A DNA stretch of 64,000 nt from Microcoleus sp. (GCA_052279835.1 CP181291.1:3168001-3232000), one strand, 5' to 3'; shown: positions 41,840 through 51,051, counted from the first letter of the stretch. Notes: generated by a model not told the origin, from the letters alone. Made by a program: numbers and translations.

Positions 41840-42214
41840 TCAAACCTTCGCAACCTCCACCAACTCAACAGCACTAACAGAACTTTCCTCTTCCCCTTCC
41901 TCCTCTTGAGCAACTGCAACGGTTAACTTCAATCCCAAAACCTTCAGCCAATTAGCCAAAGCATAAATAGTTGCCATTCCATTCTGTGACAGCAAACTAT
42001 CTAATTTTTCCAAGTGCAATTTAGCCTCATCTGCTGACATATTTGGTTCTCCAAGAGCCTCAAATACATCTCTGAACGCTTTTCGCATGATTCCTAATTC
42101 CAAATCGCCTGATTCTTCCTCAAATATCTCTGTGAGATAGCCAGCAGAATATGCCGGATTTTTGAGATTTGAAATTTTATAGGGGTGATAAGGTAAACTC
42201 TTAGGCATTGTCAT
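41840..42214 (-). CDS. Putative antitoxin (HI1420/addiction-module antidote-like), copy 3
   Basis: It lies directly downstream of a RelE-like toxin. AGGAG is 8 nt before ATG 42214 (alternative 42208). It is a paralogue of the two other antitoxins. Confidence 0.8.
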   Translation of the reverse strand: MTMPKSLPYHPYKISNLKNPAYSAGYLTEIFEEESGDLELGIMRKAFRDVFEALGEPNMSADEAKLHLEKLDSLLSQNGMATIYALANWLKVLGLKLTVAVAQEEEGEEESSVSAVELVEVAKV

Positions 42215-42218
42215 TGTC

Positions 42219-42545
42219 TTAACTCCTATAATCTGTCCAGTATTTTTGGGCATTGCGGATATCTTGCTCTTGAGTGCTTTTATCCCCACCTATCAACAAA
42301 AGTACAATTGTTTCTTCTACTTGTCCAAAATAGACCCGATAGCCAGGGCCGTAATTTATCCTCAACTCACAGACACCTTCTCCCACGGAACGATAATCTC
42401 CAAGATTGCCCTCCTGAACTCGATCGAGTCGCCCGTCAATCTTAAATTTTGCCTTGATATCGCGGAGGGAGTCAAGCCACTCCGAGAAAGGAACTTTCCC
42501 GTCTGGTGTCGTGTAACGCTGAATTTCCCTTGGTTGTACTTCCAT
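42219..42545 (-). CDS. RelE/ParE-family toxin (HI1419-like addiction-module killer), copy 3
   Basis: It has GKVPFSEWLDSLRD, GNLGD.RSVGEGV.ELRINYGPGYRVYF and LLIGGDKSTQEQDI. Confidence 0.92.
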   Translation of the reverse strand: MEVQPREIQRYTTPDGKVPFSEWLDSLRDIKAKFKIDGRLDRVQEGNLGDYRSVGEGVCELRINYGPGYRVYFGQVEETIVLLLIGGDKSTQEQDIRNAQKYWTDYRS

Positions 42546-42616
42546 AAGTGCGATCGCAACTACTCGTAGATCATCATACGGGTGATCCTCTCCGAGGGCT
42601 GCGCTAACGCCCAAAA

Positions 42617-42650
42617 TCAAACCTTACCAACTTGGGCCAACCCAGCACAA
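42617..42650 (-). pseudogene. 3' remnant of a fourth antitoxin gene
   Basis: It translates to CAGLAQVGKV*, compared with AVELVEVAKV* in intact copies. It is followed by the same junction sequence that follows the intact antitoxin ending at 43525. Confidence 0.6.
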
Positions 42651-42653
42651 TTA

Positions 42654-42717
42654 GTAGGGTGCGTCAGTTGGGAAAACCCTAATTTTTCCGACTAACCTTA
42701 AGACTGACGCACCCTAC
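42654..42717. mobile_element. GTAG REP-like palindromic element
   Basis: It has perfect 15-bp IRs: gtagggtgcgtcagt ... actgacgcaccctac. Confidence 0.75.
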
Positions 42718-42753
42718 AGGCTACAAGCTGCGATTAAAAAAAATCGCCCAAAA

Positions 42754-43122
42754 TCAAACCTTCACAACCTCCACCAACTCAGCACCAGCCAGAGAACTTT
42801 CCTCTTCCCCTTCATCTTCAGCAACCGCAACTGTTAACTTCAATCCCAGAGAATTCAGCCAATTAGCCAAAGCATAAATAGTCGCCATTCCATTCTGTGA
42901 CAGCAAACTATCTAATTTTTCCAAGTGCAATTTAGCGTCATCTGCTGACATATTTGGTTCTCCAAGAGCTTCAAATACATCTCTGAGCGCTTTTCGCATT
43001 ATTCCCGTCTCTAAATCACCCTCTTCTTCCTCAAATATCTCTGTGAGATAAGCCGCCGCAAATAAGGGATCTTTGAGAGATTTAATTTTCAAGGGATGGT
43101 AAGGTACACTTTCATTAGACAT
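42754..43122 (-). CDS. Putative antitoxin (HI1420-like), copy 2
   Basis: 122-aa ORF with AGGAG 8 nt upstream of ATG 43122. It overlaps the toxin stop. Confidence 0.82.
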   Translation of the reverse strand: MSNESVPYHPLKIKSLKDPLFAAAYLTEIFEEEEGDLETGIMRKALRDVFEALGEPNMSADDAKLHLEKLDSLLSQNGMATIYALANWLNSLGLKLTVAVAEDEGEEESSLAGAELVEVVKV

Positions 43123-43453
43123 TTTTTCGACTCCTATATTCTGTCCAATATTTCTTGGCTTTGCTAATATCTTGCTCTTGAGTGCTTTTATCTCCGCCAC
43201 ACAGGAGAAGCACTATAGTTGTTTCTACTTGTCCAAAATAGACGCGGTAGCCCGGCCCAAAGTCAATTTTAAATTCCCAGACTCCCTCTCCGAGCGATCG
43301 AGCATCTCCCAGATTGCCATAGCTAACCCGCTCAAGTCTTCTTACAATCTTGGCTTTACCCTTAAAGTCTCGGAGAGATTCCAACCACTCCGAAAAAGGA
43401 ATTTTGCCATCCGGTATCTTGTACTGCTGAATATCCCTTGGTTGTACTTCCAT
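43115..43453 (-). CDS. RelE/ParE-family toxin (HI1419-like), copy 2
   Basis: It has GKIPFSEWLESLRD, GNLGDARSLGEGVWEFKIDFGPGYRVYF and LLCGGDKSTQEQDI. Confidence 0.92.
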   Translation of the reverse strand: MEVQPRDIQQYKIPDGKIPFSEWLESLRDFKGKAKIVRRLERVSYGNLGDARSLGEGVWEFKIDFGPGYRVYFGQVETTIVLLLCGGDKSTQEQDISKAKKYWTEYRSRKNV

Positions 43454-43524
43454 AAGTGCGATCGCAACTACTCACCAATCATAATATGGGCGATCCTCTC
43501 CGAGGGCTGCGCTAACGCCCAAAA

Positions 43525-43893
43525 TCAAACCTTAGCAACCTCCACCAACTCAACAGCACTAACAGCACTTGACTCTTCCCCTTCATCCTCAGCAACCGCA
43601 ACAGATAACTTCAATCCCAAAACCTTCAGCCAATTAGCCAAAGCATAAATAGTCACAATCCCGGATTGCGGCAACAAAACATCTAATTTTTCCAGATACA
43701 ATTTCGCATCCTCCGCAGACATAATTGGTTCTCCAAGAGCTTCAAATACATCTCTCAGAACTTGTCGCATTATTCCCATCTCTAAATCGCCTTCTTCCTC
43801 TTCATCAAAAATCAGTGACAGGTAAGCAGCAGAATAGTTGGGATCTTTAAGATTGGAAATTTTAGAGTCATGATAGCTATCACTGGTCGGCAC
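43525..43893 (-). CDS. Putative antitoxin (HI1420-like), copy 1
   Basis: GTG 43893 gives 122 aa like its paralogues (alternative ATG 43908). It overlaps the toxin 3' end. Confidence 0.8.
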   Translation of the reverse strand: MPTSDSYHDSKISNLKDPNYSAAYLSLIFDEEEEGDLEMGIMRQVLRDVFEALGEPIMSAEDAKLYLEKLDVLLPQSGIVTIYALANWLKVLGLKLSVAVAEDEGEESSAVSAVELVEVAKV

Positions 43894-44224
43894 TTTCGCG
43901 TATTTCATAATCTTTCCAGTATTCCTTAGCTCTAACAATGTCTTGGTCTTGAGTGCTTTTATCCCCAGCACACAGAATAAGCACAATAGTGACTCCTGCT
44001 TGTCCAAAGTAGACTCGGTAGCCAGGCCCATAGTCAATTTTTAACTCGTAGACTCCTTCGCCAACTGAGCGACAGTCCCCTAAATTGCCATTTCTAACCC
44101 GCAGAAGCCTCTTATCAATTCTAATTTTAGCGTTAACATCTCGCAGGGCAGCCAACCATTCCGCAAAAGGAACTGTGCCGTTTGGTTTGATATAACGTCG
44201 AATTTCCCTCGGCTGTACTTCCAT
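43880..44224 (-). CDS. RelE/ParE-family toxin (HI1419-like), copy 1
   Basis: It starts MEVQPR and has PFAEWLAALRD, GNLGDCRSVGEGVYELKIDYGPGYRVYF and LCAGDKSTQDQDI. Confidence 0.92.
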   Translation of the reverse strand: MEVQPREIRRYIKPNGTVPFAEWLAALRDVNAKIRIDKRLLRVRNGNLGDCRSVGEGVYELKIDYGPGYRVYFGQAGVTIVLILCAGDKSTQDQDIVRAKEYWKDYEIRESADQ

Positions 44225-44444
44225 AACCTTTAGTCTTGGACGGATCAAGAACATAATTATGTCATTCTGAGGGAACCGAAGAATCTTAGATCCTAACAAC
44301 AGCCTAGAGGCTGCGTCCAGGAGTAACCTTGATTCTAGCGACGATCGCCCTCGAATATTACAGCCACCCGATCGCCCCTTGACTTAATGCGCTATAATTA
44401 TTAAGAAATCTTTAGTTAAATCCGTTTAACGTCCCAGACGCATT

Positions 44445-46235
44445 ATGAGTCTTCCCATTCGCAACGTTGCTATCATTGCTCACGTCGATCACGGCAAAAC
44501 CACCCTTGTGGACGCTCTCCTCAGACAGTCCGGGGTCTTCCGCGAAGGGGAAGAAGTCCCAGATTGCGTCATGGACTCCAACGACATCGAGCGCGAGCGT
44601 GGCATCACCATCCTGTCCAAAAATACCGCCGTCAGGTACGGAGAAACCCTGATTAACATCGTCGATACCCCCGGACACGCCGACTTCGGTGGCGAAGTTG
44701 AACGAGTTCTCGGCATGGTAGACGGTTGTTTGCTGATCGTAGACGCCAACGAAGGCCCGATGCCACAAACCCGGTTCGTCCTCAAAAAAGCCCTGGAAAA
44801 GGGATTGCGCCCGATCGTCTTTGTGAATAAAATCGATCGCGATCGAGCAGACCCCCACAAAGCAGTTGATAAAGTTTTAGACTTGTTCTTAGAACTAGGT
44901 GCTGACGACGATCAGTGTGAATTTCCCTATCTCTTCGGTTCCGGCTTAAGCGGTTACGCCAAAAAAAGCCTCGAAGACGAAGGGGTAGATATGAAGCCCC
45001 TCTTTGAAGAAATCCTCGACCACGTACCACCCCCCGTCGGCGACCCCAACAAGCCACTACAACTGCAAGTAACCACCTTAGATTACTCCGAATACGTCGG
45101 TCGCATCGTCATCGGCCGCATCCACAACGGCACAATTAGAGTCGGTCAACAAGCAGTCTTGATCACCGAAAGCGGCGCGCTTGTCAAATCCAAAATCAGT
45201 AAATTGATGGGCTTTGAAGGCCTGAAACGGATTGATATCGCAGAATCTTCTGCTGGTAATCTCGTCGCCGTGGCTGGTTTTGCTGATGCCTATATTGGCG
45301 AGACAATTACCTGTCCCAACGACCCGCAAGCGCTACCTTTAATTAAGGTAGACGAACCGACTTTGCAGATGACTTTCTCGGTGAACGACTCGCCATTCTG
45401 CGGTCAAGAAGGTACTTTGGTAACATCGCGACAAGTGCGCGATCGACTAATGCGAGAACTCCAAACCAACGTCGCTTTGCGCGTCGAAGAAACCGACTCC
45501 CCCGACAAATTTCTCGTATCCGGCCGTGGCGAACTCCACCTCGGAATCCTGATCGAAAATATGCGTCGCGAAGGATACGAATTCCAAGTATCTCAGCCGC
45601 AAGTAATCTTCCGCGAAGTCGGCGGTCGTCCCTGCGAACCCTTTGAATGTTTAGTATTAGACGTACCCGAAGAAGCCGTCGGTGGCTGCATCGAACGCCT
45701 CGGTCAGCGGAAAGCAGAAATGCAAGATATGCACGTCAGCAGCACCGGCCGCACCCAAATCGAATTTTCAGTCCCCGCTCGCGGTTTGATTGGATTCCGA
45801 GGCGAGTTTATGCGCTTGACTCGCGGCGCTGGAATTATGAACCACAGCTTCCTCGACTATCGCCCCCTCGGTGGAGAAATTGTCGCCCGTCGCAATGGAG
45901 TATTGATTTCCTTTGAAGAAGGAACTGCAACTACTTATTCACTGAAAAATGCTGAAGACCGTGGCGTATTTTTCATTACCCCCGGAACCAAGGTTTACAG
46001 AGGGATGATTATCGGAGAAAACAACCGAGATGACGACATGGAGCTGAATATTTGCAAGTCAAAGCAGTTGACAAACCACCGCGCATCTGGCGGTGAAGAA
46101 TTGGCACAATTGCAAGCACCAGTCGATATGAGTTTGGAGCGTGCTTTGGAGTACATCGGCCAGGATGAATTGGTGGAAGTAACACCGAAATCAATTCGCT
46201 TGCGGAAGGTTTCTAAGAAGTTAGTAAAACGCTAA
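44445..46235 (+). CDS. typA: Translational GTPase TypA/BipA
   Basis: It has [57 protein letters not shown] and [14 protein letters not shown]. Confidence 0.98.
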   Translation: MSLPIRNVAIIAHVDHGKTTLVDALLRQSGVFREGEEVPDCVMDSNDIERERGITILSKNTAVRYGETLINIVDTPGHADFGGEVERVLGMVDGCLLIVDANEGPMPQTRFVLKKALEKGLRPIVFVNKIDRDRADPHKAVDKVLDLFLELGADDDQCEFPYLFGSGLSGYAKKSLEDEGVDMKPLFEEILDHVPPPVGDPNKPLQLQVTTLDYSEYVGRIVIGRIHNGTIRVGQQAVLITESGALVKSKISKLMGFEGLKRIDIAESSAGNLVAVAGFADAYIGETITCPNDPQALPLIKVDEPTLQMTFSVNDSPFCGQEGTLVTSRQVRDRLMRELQTNVALRVEETDSPDKFLVSGRGELHLGILIENMRREGYEFQVSQPQVIFREVGGRPCEPFECLVLDVPEEAVGGCIERLGQRKAEMQDMHVSSTGRTQIEFSVPARGLIGFRGEFMRLTRGAGIMNHSFLDYRPLGGEIVARRNGVLISFEEGTATTYSLKNAEDRGVFFITPGTKVYRGMIIGENNRDDDMELNICKSKQLTNHRASGGEELAQLQAPVDMSLERALEYIGQDELVEVTPKSIRLRKVSKKLVKR

Positions 46236-46239
46236 AATC

Positions 46240-46273
46240 AGTCTAGGGTTGGCAATGTCAGCCCTAGACTTTC
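46240..46273 (+). terminator. Terminator hairpin after typA
   Basis: The stem agtctagggttggc...gtcagccctagact is followed by Ts. Confidence 0.7.
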
Positions 46274-46336
46274 TCCTCAAGTCAACTTTTTTAAACAACT
46301 AGGTTGGGGAAAATCCAACCACCCATTTCAATATTT

Positions 46337-46401
46337 GTAGGGACTGGTTTTACAGATAATATTTAAGACTCACAAACAATCTATATAAACCAGGCGCCAC
46401 T
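46337..46401. repeat. Degenerate GTAG REP-like element
   Basis: It reads gtagggactggttt...caatctatataaaccaggcgccact. A related sequence lies at about 36300 in inverted orientation. Confidence 0.45.
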
Positions 46402-46671
46402 AAGATTTTTGATGGTAGCAATTTGTGGGGTTCTGATATTTTGGGCGATCGCACAAAAGTTCGTAATTGCGCTTGACCGCTGAAGCTACTTAACCAGGGA
46501 CTACATTATATGACGACACAGATTTCCATGATGCTATGATATGTCAATTTCACAAAAAAGTCAAGTAAAATTGCTGTCATAATCTGCAAAGTTTTCTAAA
46601 CAAAACAAAGACAAATCAACCAGAATGGCTCTGATTGCTAACTCATAAGTAAGAACCCATAACTAATAACT

Positions 46672-47088
46672 ATGATTTTAGGTTTCGATCCAGGTAAAGA
46701 CAAGTGCGGTGTCGCCGTCATGGGTACAGATAATAATATCTCATACCATCAAGTTGTACCCTCAGAAAGTGCAATTTCGACTATTCAATCTCTCTGCGAA
46801 CAGTTTCCCATTGACTTATTGGTGATGGGAGATCAAACAACTTCTAAGAAATGGAAACAACAACTTACCCAGAGTTTGTCACCCTCCATCGTCATTACTC
46901 AGATTGATGAGAGATACAGCAGTTTAGAAGCAAAGGAACGTTACTGGCAAATGTACCCTGCGACGGGACTCAATCGCTTGATTCCCCTGGGGATGCGGAC
47001 TCCACCGCGACCCGTAGATGATATAGTGGCGATCGTCCTGATTGAACGGTATTTAAATCAGACTGGACCTACGCAACCGATACATTAA
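46672..47088 (+). CDS. YqgF/RuvX-like RNase H-fold nuclease
   Basis: It has ILGFDPGKDKCGVA, VMGDQTTS, IDERYSSLEA and DDIVAIVLIERYL. Confidence 0.88.
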   Translation: MILGFDPGKDKCGVAVMGTDNNISYHQVVPSESAISTIQSLCEQFPIDLLVMGDQTTSKKWKQQLTQSLSPSIVITQIDERYSSLEAKERYWQMYPATGLNRLIPLGMRTPPRPVDDIVAIVLIERYLNQTGPTQPIH

Positions 47089-47107
47089 TTCCGAAAGCTT
47101 GGGATGC

Positions 47108-47212
47108 TATAGCAATCCTTGCAGGAGTCGTAAATATTTTTACCCCACCCCAACCCGGACCGCGAGTTCGGGGAGGGAGTAAGAAATTCACAAATGATTT
47201 AGGATTCCTATA
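47108..47212. mobile_element. MITE-like element (TATAGCAATCCT...AGGATTCCTATA) with C/G-rich internal hairpin
   Basis: The terminal IRs match at 11/12 positions. The right end cacaaatgatttagg is shared with 38146-38160. Confidence 0.7.
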
Positions 47213-47222
47213 TGTTTTCATT

Positions 47223-47346
47223 GGGTGCATCTCAATGAGTGCAAATATATTGGTACGATGCTCTAGCATGACCGCTGTAAATCTCTGGTTATCCCTAATA
47301 AATTGTCTGCGGTCATGCTTCGCCCTCACAAAATCGGGATGCTCCC
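47223..47346. mobile_element. MITE-like element (GGGTGCATCTC...GGGATGCTCCC) with internal perfect 11-bp IR
   Basis: The terminal IRs match at 9/11 positions. The internal IR is agcatgaccgc (47265) / gcggtcatgct (47309). Confidence 0.65.
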
Positions 47347-47349
47347 TTT

Positions 47350-48312
47350 TCATTGCAACCAATTCACCAGATTATCCACAGTATTAAAATCGAACAAAGA
47401 TTCCGTTAAACTATCTAACTGAGCACTGGACAACTGTAAAACTCTAGCTTGGATTGACTCGTCCAAAGTTCCGAGTTTTTGTGTGAGCAAACGCAACACC
47501 AGATTGCTTTTTCCCTGCTGCAACCCCTGCTGCAAACCCTGCTGTAACCCCTCCTGCAAACCCTGCTGTAACCCCTCCTGCAAACCCTGCTGCAACCCTG
47601 CTTCTAAAGCTTCTTCTCTAAACCTCTGTTGATCTTGGAAATAAAACATCTGCGCCTCCAATTCATCTAATTCCTGCCTGCTGAGATTTGTACTGTTAGC
47701 AATACTGAAAGCTTGCTGAATTGCTGAATTAGTTTGCAAGGATTCTGGAACCATTTCCAAACTGGGCGCTTCCTTGATAAAATAAATCCACTTGTCAGCC
47801 AGAGATTCTAACTCGGCAAGAGATTTATTGAATTTCGGTAATTCCACAAAAATTAGAGTCATCACCGGAAACAAATAATCAAAATGTTCTTCCTCTTCCC
47901 TAAAAGAAAAGCGAGAAATTACTTTGTTCGTGTTATTAAACAAAGTAAAATCAGTAATTGTCAAGGCAATTACCGGGTCTAATTGTAGGTATCCCTTGCC
48001 AGTCATCAGTTGATTTGCATAGGCTTTTGCTGCATTGTAGGCAATTCTTTTTTCAAAAGCTTTCACATTCAAAACTTGCATTTCGATGACAACAATCGTG
48101 CCGTTATCAAGAGTGGCTTTGACATCTAAGTAGGTGTCTTTCAAACCCATTAATTTTCCAGCTTGATAGGGGTCGATAATTTGCAAATCCTGAATAGTCG
48201 GATTGCCTTGATAAATCAAGCCATTGAGAAAACTAATCAGAATGGGTTTACTTTCGGCGGAAGCAAATATTTTTTTAAAGGCAAAATCTGTTCTAGGGTC
48301 AATAAAACTCAT
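47350..48312 (-). CDS. Rpn-family PD-(D/E)XK nuclease / putative transposase with GLQQ repeats and DUF4351-like tail
   Basis: It has DPRTDFAFKKIF, YLDVKA..DNG..VVIEMQ and FVELPKF, then (GLQQ/GLQE)n and a C-terminal LS.AQL..L.E.LFDF....L.NWL. Confidence 0.92.
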   Translation of the reverse strand: MSFIDPRTDFAFKKIFASAESKPILISFLNGLIYQGNPTIQDLQIIDPYQAGKLMGLKDTYLDVKATLDNGTIVVIEMQVLNVKAFEKRIAYNAAKAYANQLMTGKGYLQLDPVIALTITDFTLFNNTNKVISRFSFREEEEHFDYLFPVMTLIFVELPKFNKSLAELESLADKWIYFIKEAPSLEMVPESLQTNSAIQQAFSIANSTNLSRQELDELEAQMFYFQDQQRFREEALEAGLQQGLQEGLQQGLQEGLQQGLQQGLQQGKSNLVLRLLTQKLGTLDESIQARVLQLSSAQLDSLTESLFDFNTVDNLVNWLQ

Positions 48313-48416
48313 GGTTTTTAGCTCCTAATTTGTGTAACAACAAGTCCGCAAGGTTGGTAATCTGCCCTGGCGTAGGTTTATGATAAATTTCTGATAATTC
48401 CTGTGTCCCAGCCTTG

Positions 48417-48469
48417 GCGGTTGATATGTATCAAAAAATCGGGGGAGCGGTTGATATGTATCAAAAAAT
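48417..48469. promoter_or_regulatory. Two direct copies of a 23-bp sequence, each containing the palindrome TTGAT-ATGT-ATCAA
   Basis: GCGGTTGATATGTATCAAAAAAT occurs at 48417 and 48447 (30-bp period), upstream of the Rpn gene. Confidence 0.55.
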
Positions 48470-48542
48470 AGGGAAAATAGAAAATATATATGATTTCCTT
48501 TTCCCCATTTTCAGGACTAAACTCCTGACTACTAACCTGTGA

Positions 48543-50123
48543 TTAACTAACCGATGTTAGCTCTTTTTCTTTAACTTCTACCGGGGCACTCAAAGCCTCT
48601 TCCAGGTCAGCACAACCCAATTTTTCCTCCAAAATAGCCATCACTTCTCTGCCGAAATCATTGGAATTTCGCTGCCAAGCTTCCAAACAAATTTGACCGA
48701 AAAACGAACCCAAAGGCTCAGGATTCCACAGCAATTTTCGTGCTGTCCAAGGCATCAAACTCATCGGGTCATAACCAGGTTGCAGAATCTCCTGTTTAAA
48801 AGCGTATTCTTCCAAAATGGTGTGGGGCTGTAACCCGATAAAGAAAATTGCTGGCTCTACTTTATCCGCTCCAAAAATCCGCTCCAATTCCCGGTGATAA
48901 GCAATGGTTTGGCGGATGGTTTCAAAGGTTTCATCCATCACATTAAAGGAGTAGTTTACGGAAACAACATCGTTGAAACCGGCGGCTTTTAAATCGCGGC
49001 AATTTTCCAAAACAACTCGCAAGTTATAACCCATACGCATTTTGCGAACTAATTCTTGGGAACCGCTGGTGATGCCGATTTCAAAGTAATTCATCCCCGT
49101 TTTTACCATCAAATCGCACAATTGTGGTGTGAGATTGTCCGCACGGATGTAAGCAGCCCAGTGGATGTCTGTCATGCCGGCGGCGATGATTTTTTGCAAG
49201 AGTTCAACGGCGTCATCAATGAATTTGCGGGCGGGGATAAATTGAGCGTCGGTAAACCAGAAGTTGCGGATACCTCGATCGTACAATTGTCTAATCTCCG
49301 CCACCACCTCATCCGCTGGATTGATCCGCACTTGCTTACCTTCAATCACCGTGTAAATACAGTAACAGCAGTTGTGAGGACAGCCGCGCTTGGTTTGGAC
49401 GCCGATGTAGAAGTCCCTATCCTGTAGATAATAGGAAAATTCGGGCCAAATGGTCTCGATGTACTGATAATTACAGGCAGTTTTCTCGATGTTGGCTGGC
49501 TTTTCGTGAATTAGTCGATCGCGCGGGACTGTCTCACCTACCACATAACACCTTTCCTGAGCTAAATCCTCGCCTTTAATCAACTTCTCCAGCAGCGCCT
49601 CGCCTTCCCCCACCGAAACCACAGTCCCCTTGGGTAAACTGCGTCCCAACTGCTCATAAAACACGCTCACAGCACCGCCACCGACGACTGCACGAGCTTC
49701 GGGACGGTATTTCCGGGCCCGATGCAATCCCCGCTTCACCAACCCCAAATTGCGCCAGAGTTCCGTATAGTAAGACACGGCTAAACGTAATCCTCCCAAT
49801 GCTCCCCGCATTTTAACCAGGGGATTGTTGGCGTAGTAAAACTCAAAGGCATTTTGCAGGGGATTGCCGCCTCTACCGCCGACTGGTGCGTAAATTTGAA
49901 TGTCTCGCCAGGAGAAAACTAGGAGGGTTGGTTGAAATTCATCGACGGCGGCGTCGAGAGCCTTGGCGTAATCTAAGGGCGGTACTGCACCCACATCGAA
50001 AATCCGTTGTTGGACATCGGGAAACAGCTTGTGGACGTGATCGGAAAGATACACAACTCCGATCGGGAAAATGGGATTACAAGGGAGGCGAACATACAGG
50101 ACTCGGTTTTCTCGGTTTTCCAT
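48543..50123 (-). CDS. Radical SAM protein (Slr0320-like, photosystem II high-light acclimation family)
   Basis: It has YVRLPCNPIFPIGVVYLSDH, the CxxxCxxC motif in RGCPHNCCYC and NFWFTDAQF. Confidence 0.9.
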   Translation of the reverse strand: MENRENRVLYVRLPCNPIFPIGVVYLSDHVHKLFPDVQQRIFDVGAVPPLDYAKALDAAVDEFQPTLLVFSWRDIQIYAPVGGRGGNPLQNAFEFYYANNPLVKMRGALGGLRLAVSYYTELWRNLGLVKRGLHRARKYRPEARAVVGGGAVSVFYEQLGRSLPKGTVVSVGEGEALLEKLIKGEDLAQERCYVVGETVPRDRLIHEKPANIEKTACNYQYIETIWPEFSYYLQDRDFYIGVQTKRGCPHNCCYCIYTVIEGKQVRINPADEVVAEIRQLYDRGIRNFWFTDAQFIPARKFIDDAVELLQKIIAAGMTDIHWAAYIRADNLTPQLCDLMVKTGMNYFEIGITSGSQELVRKMRMGYNLRVVLENCRDLKAAGFNDVVSVNYSFNVMDETFETIRQTIAYHRELERIFGADKVEPAIFFIGLQPHTILEEYAFKQEILQPGYDPMSLMPWTARKLLWNPEPLGSFFGQICLEAWQRNSNDFGREVMAILEEKLGCADLEEALSAPVEVKEKELTSVS

Positions 50124-50488
50124 GATTGCCACATCCTAAATTGCTAGTGTTTTCACTGTGTTAATATTCTTTTAATATAACTTTACAATCTCTCTAATTT
50201 TGGTAATTTAAGATTAAATATTTTAAAATTTTCCTAAGCGGAGTAAAGCTGAGCCTGTTGGTGTGGCTGAGTTGGAGGACGATAAAATACGGAATTTTTA
50301 ATTTAATTACAGCTAAGGTTGACAGAAAATTGACGATCGCACTTAATTTCGCGTTTTTTCTGCCTCTATCGGCACTATGGTCTCTTAAGGTGCTAGGGAA
50401 TTGGTAGTCCGCATTACAACAATGCGGGATCGCAAAGTGTTAATTTTGAAAGATAACGAAAACTTTTATCCAAGGCTCCCTACCAGTT

Positions 50489-50878
50489 ATGGCTCAAATT
50501 CTTGACCCACTACCCTCAGACGCCGATAGCAAAATTCTGTGCTGCTACGTCAACGCCACCAGTCAAATTCAAATTGCTCGCATCACCAACATTCCTAACT
50601 GGTATTTTGAACGAGTAGTATTTCCCGGACAGCGCTTAGTGTTTGAAGCAATGACAGCAGCAATGTTGGAAATTCACACTGGGATGATGGCGAGTGCAAT
50701 TTTGTCGGATACGATCCCTTGCGATCGCTTGCAGATTAATGAAGGCCCCTATTCTCCTATCAATGCTACCAGATCGAGACCGGAAAGTAAGCTCGATCGC
50801 GCCTCAACTACAGCCCGCCCCAAATCTAAAGAAATCTTAGAGCCTTTAACAGTACCGGCGTTAACAGCCGTCGATTAA
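50489..50878 (+). CDS. DUF1830-domain protein
   Basis: It contains ILCCYVNATSQIQIARITNIPNWYFERVVFPGQRLVFEA...LEIH. Confidence 0.9.
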   Translation: MAQILDPLPSDADSKILCCYVNATSQIQIARITNIPNWYFERVVFPGQRLVFEAMTAAMLEIHTGMMASAILSDTIPCDRLQINEGPYSPINATRSRPESKLDRASTTARPKSKEILEPLTVPALTAVD

Positions 50879-50957
50879 GCTAGTTCTCGGATTGGGGACT
50901 TTTCAGGGATCGGAAGTTAATAAATTTTTCATTTAACAAATAAACCTTGTACAAAAT

Positions 50958-50997
50958 CTGCTCTTACTCGATCTGAAATTGGTAAGAGCAGTTTTTT
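50958..50997 (+). terminator. Rho-independent terminator
   Basis: The 10-bp stem ctgctcttac...gtaagagcag is followed by T6. Confidence 0.75.
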
Positions 50998-51051
50998 GTG
51001 CAGACCTTTGCTCGATCGCGGATAATCTTTCTATAAAACCCGTTCTTACCC

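Noticed and set aside
42546..42620. Upstream extensions of TA ORFs (to 42620, 42289, 43200, 44037, 44299)
   Set aside because: Paralogue comparison and SD positions support the shorter starts (MEVQPR toxins and ~122-aa antitoxins).
47069..47362. 97-aa ORF between the yqgF-like and Rpn genes
   Set aside because: It is made almost entirely of two MITE-like elements.
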